NCBI GenBank assembly: GCA_965216315.1
Contig: CBDCFN010000016.1
Span: forward strand, 1,600,001 to 1,664,000
Length of the DNA stretch: 64,000 nt
Source of the DNA: a bacterium
GTDB lineage: Bacteria > UBA10199 > 2-02-FULL-50-16 > JAJFLM01
Reading direction: 5' to 3'
In this document: in pieces, positions 59,204 to 64,000 of the stretch
How the letters are laid out: the number at the start of each line of letters is the position of its first letter
Numbering within the stretch: position 1 is the stretch's first letter
Made by a program: the position numbers and the translations under genes
The notes under the pieces: generated by a model
What the model was told of the DNA's origin: nothing
What the model saw: the letters and a program-made list of their open reading frames with translations, nothing else
The model's database searches: none

Positions 59204-59626
59204 ATGAGACACGTAACCCCCGGCATATTAATGGCCGTCTGCTTAAGCTTAATGATCGGATCTACAGCGTTGGGCCATAAAGATGGCGACGGTGACCGCA
59301 AGTCAAGGTGGACGGAAAAACTGGATCTGACGGAGGCGCAGCAAGCCGAGTTGGATAAGATTAAAGAAAGTCATGGCACTAAGATGAAGGAAAAGCGTAA
59401 GGCCATGAAAGAAGCCAAACGAAAACTCGGCGAGGCGCTTAAGACTGATGCGTCGGAAGACATGCTTTGGGCCCAGTTTAAACAGCTTCAGCAACTGAAG
59501 AGCGACTTTGGCACAGCGCGTTTCGAAAAGATCCTGGCAATCCGTAAGATCTTAACACCGGAACAACGTGCCAAATTCAATGCGATGAAACGACATCATC
59601 GTCGGCACAAGAAACACAAGGATTAA
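59204..59626 (+). CDS. Spy/CpxP-family periplasmic protein
   Basis: Signal peptide; LDLTEAQQ and ILTPEQR (LTxxQ) motifs. Confidence 0.88.
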   Translation: MRHVTPGILMAVCLSLMIGSTALGHKDGDGDRKSRWTEKLDLTEAQQAELDKIKESHGTKMKEKRKAMKEAKRKLGEALKTDASEDMLWAQFKQLQQLKSDFGTARFEKILAIRKILTPEQRAKFNAMKRHHRRHKKHKD

Positions 59627-60144
59627 TGACTGAAGCCAAAGCAGTCTATCTGACGACGGATCATGCTGGAGACGGATTGACGGCCCTTTATCAGGAATAC
59701 CAGGGCCTCGTCCGCCAGCTGATCTTTAATATCTGCGGCGCCGAGCATTTGGATGACCTGGTTCAAGAAGCGTGGCTGCGGGCGTGGAAAGGTCTGCCTA
59801 AATTCCGGCAACAAGCCAGCCACAAAACGTGGATCTATCGCATTGCAGTCAATACCGCCCTTGATCATTGCCGACGGCTCAAACCAGCACTCGAGTTGTT
59901 TGAGGAGCCGGCTATGAACGAAGGAACGGAGCAACGGGTAGCCAACCAGGAGCTGGTACAAAGAGCCCTACAAAAACTATCACCCGAGCATCGGAGCGTC
60001 ATGGTCTTGTCGTGCTACGAAGACCTCTCGGTTCGTGAGATCGCAGCAGTGACTGAATCAGCCGAGGGAACGGTTAAATCGCGCCTCCATTATGCACGTC
60101 AGCAATTAAAGAAATTTTTGAGCGATAATGGAGCTAACTTATGA
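59626..60144 (+). CDS. ECF RNA polymerase sigma factor
   Basis: DDLVQE, TWIYRIAVN, EIA...GTVKSRLHYAR. Confidence 0.95.
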   Translation: MTEAKAVYLTTDHAGDGLTALYQEYQGLVRQLIFNICGAEHLDDLVQEAWLRAWKGLPKFRQQASHKTWIYRIAVNTALDHCRRLKPALELFEEPAMNEGTEQRVANQELVQRALQKLSPEHRSVMVLSCYEDLSVREIAAVTESAEGTVKSRLHYARQQLKKFLSDNGANL

Positions 60145-60482
60145 ATAAGCCACATGACGTAGAGCATAAAGTGGATCAGTTCTTACGGGCTAACCGGCCG
60201 CTAGCGCCGCGTGCACCCCTTGATGAACTGGAACAGATTCACAATGCCATTACAAAAAATACCGAGCCACGGTGGTGGCATTTTGCCATTCCGAGTCTCG
60301 TCGCGGCGAGTCTTGCCCTAATGCTAATTGTCCCAGCATCGCAGCAGGATGTTAAAACTCCGTATGGAAATAATCTTGATACGTTCCTCGCAGAGACGGT
60401 CGGAAGCTTCTACGGGACCGATGAACAAGATGAGGCGAATCTGACTATCGGTGGTGATTGGCTCGACCTGACGGACGACTAA
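60141..60482 (+). CDS. Putative single-TM anti-sigma factor
   Basis: Overlaps the ECF stop; central TM helix. Confidence 0.7.
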   Translation: MNKPHDVEHKVDQFLRANRPLAPRAPLDELEQIHNAITKNTEPRWWHFAIPSLVAASLALMLIVPASQQDVKTPYGNNLDTFLAETVGSFYGTDEQDEANLTIGGDWLDLTDD

Positions 60483-60527
60483 GCAACTTGACGATTCGGT
60501 CGCTTTAAGCCTAAATCCGGAGCGTCT

Positions 60528-61235
60528 ATGTGGAAATACCTACTTATACCCTGTGCCGCCTTAGTGGTCGGCTGTGGTTTTGGAGACATCACGGCCAATA
60601 CGATCACCGGCACGGCGGGTGATGACACCCTCCAAGGCAATTTCTCGCAAAATGAGATGCTCGGCCTTGATGGCGACGATGTGATGCGTGGTGGTGGCGG
60701 CGATGACACCTTGCACGGTGGCGCCGGCAACGATCAGCTTTTTGGCGATATCGATAATGACACGCTGAATGGCGGTCCTGGAAATGATCAACTCTTTGGT
60801 GGTACGGGCAATGACATCCTCGATGGGGGTAACGGCAACGACAGCCTTTTCGGTGAGCAAGGCGACGACACGCTCACGTATACAACGGATGTCGTCGAGT
60901 TAGATGGTGGAAGTGGAACGGATGCGCTCGTTCCCGATGATATTGACTCACTCGATCTCGGCACGCTGACAAACACCGTCTCGAATATCGAAATGGTGGA
61001 TCTTCGTGATAGTGCGGGCGATGTCACCGTCACACTTGAGGCGAGTGATCTCGAGACTCTCTCCAATGATGCTGATAAATTTTTGATTCGCGGCGATGCC
61101 GATGATGCTGTCATGGCCACGGGTTTTTCTCTTGATGTCAACAACATCAAGGAAGCCGGAATTTCATACAACCGTTACCTCTCTATCGACAGCAGTATTG
61201 AACTTCTCATTGAACAGGGCATTCAAATCCTCTGA
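60528..61235 (+). CDS. Lipoprotein with RTX (GGxGxD) Ca-binding repeats
   Basis: Lipobox VVGC; tandem GGxGND.L nonapeptides. Confidence 0.85.
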   Translation: MWKYLLIPCAALVVGCGFGDITANTITGTAGDDTLQGNFSQNEMLGLDGDDVMRGGGGDDTLHGGAGNDQLFGDIDNDTLNGGPGNDQLFGGTGNDILDGGNGNDSLFGEQGDDTLTYTTDVVELDGGSGTDALVPDDIDSLDLGTLTNTVSNIEMVDLRDSAGDVTVTLEASDLETLSNDADKFLIRGDADDAVMATGFSLDVNNIKEAGISYNRYLSIDSSIELLIEQGIQIL

Positions 61236-61244
61236 GACAACCGC

Positions 61245-61682
61245 ATGAAAACCGTCATTCAACGTGTCAGTCGCGCCGCCGTCACTGTCGATGGCAAAAA
61301 AGTCGCTAGTATCGAGACGGGCCTCCTCGCCCTCGTCGGCTTTCACCGCGATGATCAAGAAAAGACCTGCGAAAAATTCCTTGATAAATTGCTCCGCCTG
61401 CGCGTCTTTGAAGACGAAAGTGATAAAATTAATCTCTCGGTACGTGATGTCGGCGGCAGCGTCCTGTTAGTCCCGCAGTTCACGCTCTATGGCGATACCA
61501 ACAAAGGCAATCGCCCTTCTTTCGTAGCAGCTGCCTCTCCAGAACGCGGCCAAGAACTCTTTGCCAGCCTCACGGCTCTCAGTAAAGCCGTCGACGTGCC
61601 GATTCAAACCGGTGTCTTTCAAGCGAGCATGGACGTGGAACTCGTCAATCAAGGGCCGGTAACCATTATAATGGAGATATAA
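61245..61682 (+). CDS. dtd: D-aminoacyl-tRNA deacylase
   Basis: VIQRV, LRVF.D, QFTL, GNRPSF, NQGPVT. Confidence 0.95.
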   Translation: MKTVIQRVSRAAVTVDGKKVASIETGLLALVGFHRDDQEKTCEKFLDKLLRLRVFEDESDKINLSVRDVGGSVLLVPQFTLYGDTNKGNRPSFVAAASPERGQELFASLTALSKAVDVPIQTGVFQASMDVELVNQGPVTIIMEI

Positions 61683-61683
61683 A

Positions 61684-62127
61684 CTAAGCAGACAACGGCT
61701 GAACGACCGACAAAGTCACCGTGCTCTTCGCGACCAAGGTCTTGGGGCTGGGCTCAATCCGATACACTTCTGACTCACAGACGGTCACCGACTTGCCGGG
61801 TTTCAGCACGTCGCTCCGACAAAAGAGCCTCTCGCCGCGTGCCGGTCGCAACAGATTGATTTTGAACTCAAGTGTCAGCACAATTTGATCCGGCGTAACG
61901 AGAGTGCCGGCAGCGGCCCCGGCCGTATGGTCGGCCATCGCTGCGAGCACCGCGGCATGCACGACTTCATCCTGTTGCAAATGCTGGGCGCGGAGAGCTA
62001 ATTCCGATTCACACCAACCGGGTCCGACATCCACTAACTGCGCCCCCAACTCATTCATGAAGGCGGCCTTGCTAAATATCTCTCGAACACGTTGCTGATA
62101 TTGAGGATCTCTCGGTTCCATGGCCAC
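61684..62127 (-). CDS. PaaI-family hotdog thioesterase
   Basis: HLQQ..VVHA....MADH, EFKINLLRPA. Confidence 0.9.
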   Translation of the reverse strand: MAMEPRDPQYQQRVREIFSKAAFMNELGAQLVDVGPGWCESELALRAQHLQQDEVVHAAVLAAMADHTAGAAAGTLVTPDQIVLTLEFKINLLRPARGERLFCRSDVLKPGKSVTVCESEVYRIEPSPKTLVAKSTVTLSVVQPLSA

Positions 62128-62139
62128 TCACCCTAATAG

Positions 62140-63192
62140 CTAAGACCCAATCCGGTCAAGAACCATGCGCGCCAACGCCGGCGCGGCCGTTAGCCCCGGT
62201 GATTCAATTCCTAACAGATGAATCCAGGCTCCCTCTTGCTTGACGACAAAATCATGGACCGCCTCGTCATTATAAAACAACTTGGGACGATTACCAGCAT
62301 AGGCCGGCTGCAGCGGTCGACTTTGCAAGTCAGGTAGATAATAATCGACCGCCTGCTCAAACACTTCCGCATCGGAGTTATGCTTGTAATCTAATTTTTC
62401 ATCGATAAAAAAAGCATTGGGCCCTATCAGGGTTTGCCCATCAAGCGTCGGTGTTAGGTGCACCCCCAGCCCCGGCGCATCTTTATAGGGGAGATGATAG
62501 ATGGGCCGACAGATCAGGTTTTTATTCATAATATAATAATCACCGCGACACGGGCGCACCTCGTAGCCTTCTACGCCAGCCATGGCCGCAACTCTATCCG
62601 CAAACAAACCGGCACAATTAACGGCAAGCTCAAACTCCATCTCACCCCGGCTTGTCTTGACTTTTTGTTCGTGGATTTCTTCGACTTGGCAAGCTGTCAA
62701 AACCTGAACCCCATTATTCTCGGTATACACAGCAAGCGCCTTCACATAAGCCGCCGCATCGACCAAGCCGGTGGAGGGCACCTCAATCGCCGGGAGGGCT
62801 CGTAACTGCGGTTGCAGGTCCTTGACTTGCGTGGGCGATAAGAGGCGTGGCGTCGGGATGGGAAGTCCGAGAATCTTCTCAAAAGACGGTTCCAGTTCCG
62901 CTTCTTGTCCCGCTTCAGGCACGAGCCACTTACCGCAGGCGCGGTGTTTCAGTTTAAGCCGCTCGAGCCATTCATAGGTGAGGCGATTCCCTTCGATGCT
63001 ACTTTGTTCCTTGAGACTGTCCGACGGATAGAAAATGCCCGCGTGGATGACACCGCTGTTGCGCCCACTCGTCTGCTCCCCGAGTGTCGCATCCCGTTCT
63101 AATACAAAAACGTCGTAGCCCTGCTCATTGAGGACATGGGCAACATGAAGACCGACAATACCGGCTCCAACGACGATAACTGTCTTAGGCAC
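62140..63192 (-). CDS. FAD-dependent oxidoreductase, LhgO/L-2-hydroxyglutarate oxidase-like
   Basis: VVGAGIVG, TSGRNSGVIHAG, GLGVHLT, GIESPGLTAAPA; GTG start right after upstream stop. Confidence 0.88.
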   Translation of the reverse strand: MPKTVIVVGAGIVGLHVAHVLNEQGYDVFVLERDATLGEQTSGRNSGVIHAGIFYPSDSLKEQSSIEGNRLTYEWLERLKLKHRACGKWLVPEAGQEAELEPSFEKILGLPIPTPRLLSPTQVKDLQPQLRALPAIEVPSTGLVDAAAYVKALAVYTENNGVQVLTACQVEEIHEQKVKTSRGEMEFELAVNCAGLFADRVAAMAGVEGYEVRPCRGDYYIMNKNLICRPIYHLPYKDAPGLGVHLTPTLDGQTLIGPNAFFIDEKLDYKHNSDAEVFEQAVDYYLPDLQSRPLQPAYAGNRPKLFYNDEAVHDFVVKQEGAWIHLLGIESPGLTAAPALARMVLDRIGS

Positions 63193-63194
63193 GC

Positions 63195-63581
63195 CTACCA
63201 GTGCCAAACATGATCATACTGCTCGACAAACTTTGCCAATTGGGAACGCGTAATCGCCTCCGCTTCGCCGATCATGTTCTCGCTGGCAATGCCCCGTTCT
63301 TCCACATCCTCGCGAACATAAAAAACGGGAACTCCCTTGCCGACGAGCTTCTTAAGGTCCTCGTCTAACTTCGGGGGATGCGGAATTCCACCCTTTCCGA
63401 ACTGGAGACTTTCAGCTTGCTGACCCATGACCGTATAGTTGACCGCATTTCCGGTCAGCAGCACGGTAAGGTCCGCACCGGCGCCTTTGCAAGCAGCGGT
63501 AAACCACAGTGTCGTATCATCCTGTTCTTCCAATGTGCCTCGATAGGCCGAATCGACTATGCATAAGATTTTTTTCGCCAT
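63195..63581 (-). CDS. DsrE/DsrF-like protein
   Basis: AYRGTLEEQDD, LTGNAVNY, EDVEERGI. Confidence 0.78.
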   Translation of the reverse strand: MAKKILCIVDSAYRGTLEEQDDTTLWFTAACKGAGADLTVLLTGNAVNYTVMGQQAESLQFGKGGIPHPPKLDEDLKKLVGKGVPVFYVREDVEERGIASENMIGEAEAITRSQLAKFVEQYDHVWHW

Positions 63582-63588
63582 AACATCC

Positions 63589-63993
63589 TCACCTCGTTGG
63601 GATTACGACCGTGTTGTCACTCGCATCAACAAACTTGATGAAATCCGCCGGCCCTCCTCGCGTGGGACCCTCAACCCATTCACCAACGCCGCGTTCATCG
63701 ACGCAAAGTCCACAATTGACCCAGTTAAGCGTCTGCCCCTCTCGAACCATCTCAAAGAGCCCCGAAACCATATCTTTAGGCAACGGATGCTCTTCTTCCT
63801 CGACGGAAGTTCCCTTGACTGCATTCGGATGCGCTTGTTGCTTCTCAAATGACAGATTAACCGCCCCTTCATAAGCAAATACGTTTACGTTGTGTCCTTG
63901 ACGAAGCGCTGATTCAATCATCCGAAAGGCCGTGGTCGAATTAGCTGATTCGTAGGGGGGATCCATTAATAATAATGTTAACGTTTTACTCAT
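63589..63993 (-). CDS. DsrE/TusD-like sulfur relay protein
   Basis: DPPY, VFAYEGAV, NCGLCVDERG. Confidence 0.82.
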   Translation of the reverse strand: MSKTLTLLLMDPPYESANSTTAFRMIESALRQGHNVNVFAYEGAVNLSFEKQQAHPNAVKGTSVEEEEHPLPKDMVSGLFEMVREGQTLNWVNCGLCVDERGVGEWVEGPTRGGPADFIKFVDASDNTVVIPTR

Positions 63994-64000
63994 AATAGAC

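Noticed and set aside
59626..60144. This ECF sigma as the reader of the CAAC-N16-CGA motif
   Set aside because: Its own upstream promoter reads TGAAC-N17-CGTC, a different pattern; no evidence for the link
60600..60880. RTX repeats as an RTX toxin
   Set aside because: Short lipoprotein with no toxin domain and no adjacent type I secretion genes

Overview
Bacterial chromosomal window of roughly balanced GC with about 60 genes. Gene content (TIGR04552-like protein, split Rieske/cytochrome b complex, DUF2203) suggests an uncultured deltaproteobacterial-type lineage; this is inference only. Housekeeping genes (rimI, eno, greA, miaA, dtd, hppA) are mixed with many lipid enzymes: a Tes/GDGT-MAS-like radical SAM, a CDP-alcohol phosphatidyltransferase, two squalene-type synthases, a PlsB-like acyltransferase, a thiolase and a type III PKS. 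There is also a Rieske/cyt b/octaheme respiratory operon and a Zn-type uptake operon bracketed by two RAPP-like leader peptides. The most unusual signal is a set of orphan-looking genes. They are a 2588-aa single-chain acyl-CoA carboxylase fused to its own biotin ligase, a co-oriented 1991-aa eukaryote-like carboxyltransferase, an acyl-CoA synthetase, a frameshifted histidine kinase and a LysM-like protein. Most carry extra N-terminal extensions, and four sit behind the same CAAC-N16-CGA(T/A) promoter-like motif, which suggests a co-regulated, possibly exported enzyme-effector regulon. Other signals are a covarying hairpin repeat translated inside a cytochrome b subunit, a synonymously recoded duplicate of the thiolase 3' end, a detached 56-aa cytochrome-b-like microprotein, REP palindromes, DnaA boxes and a candidate sRNA. 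No rRNA, tRNA, CRISPR array or transposase was recognised. All family calls come from motif recognition by eye, not database searches.
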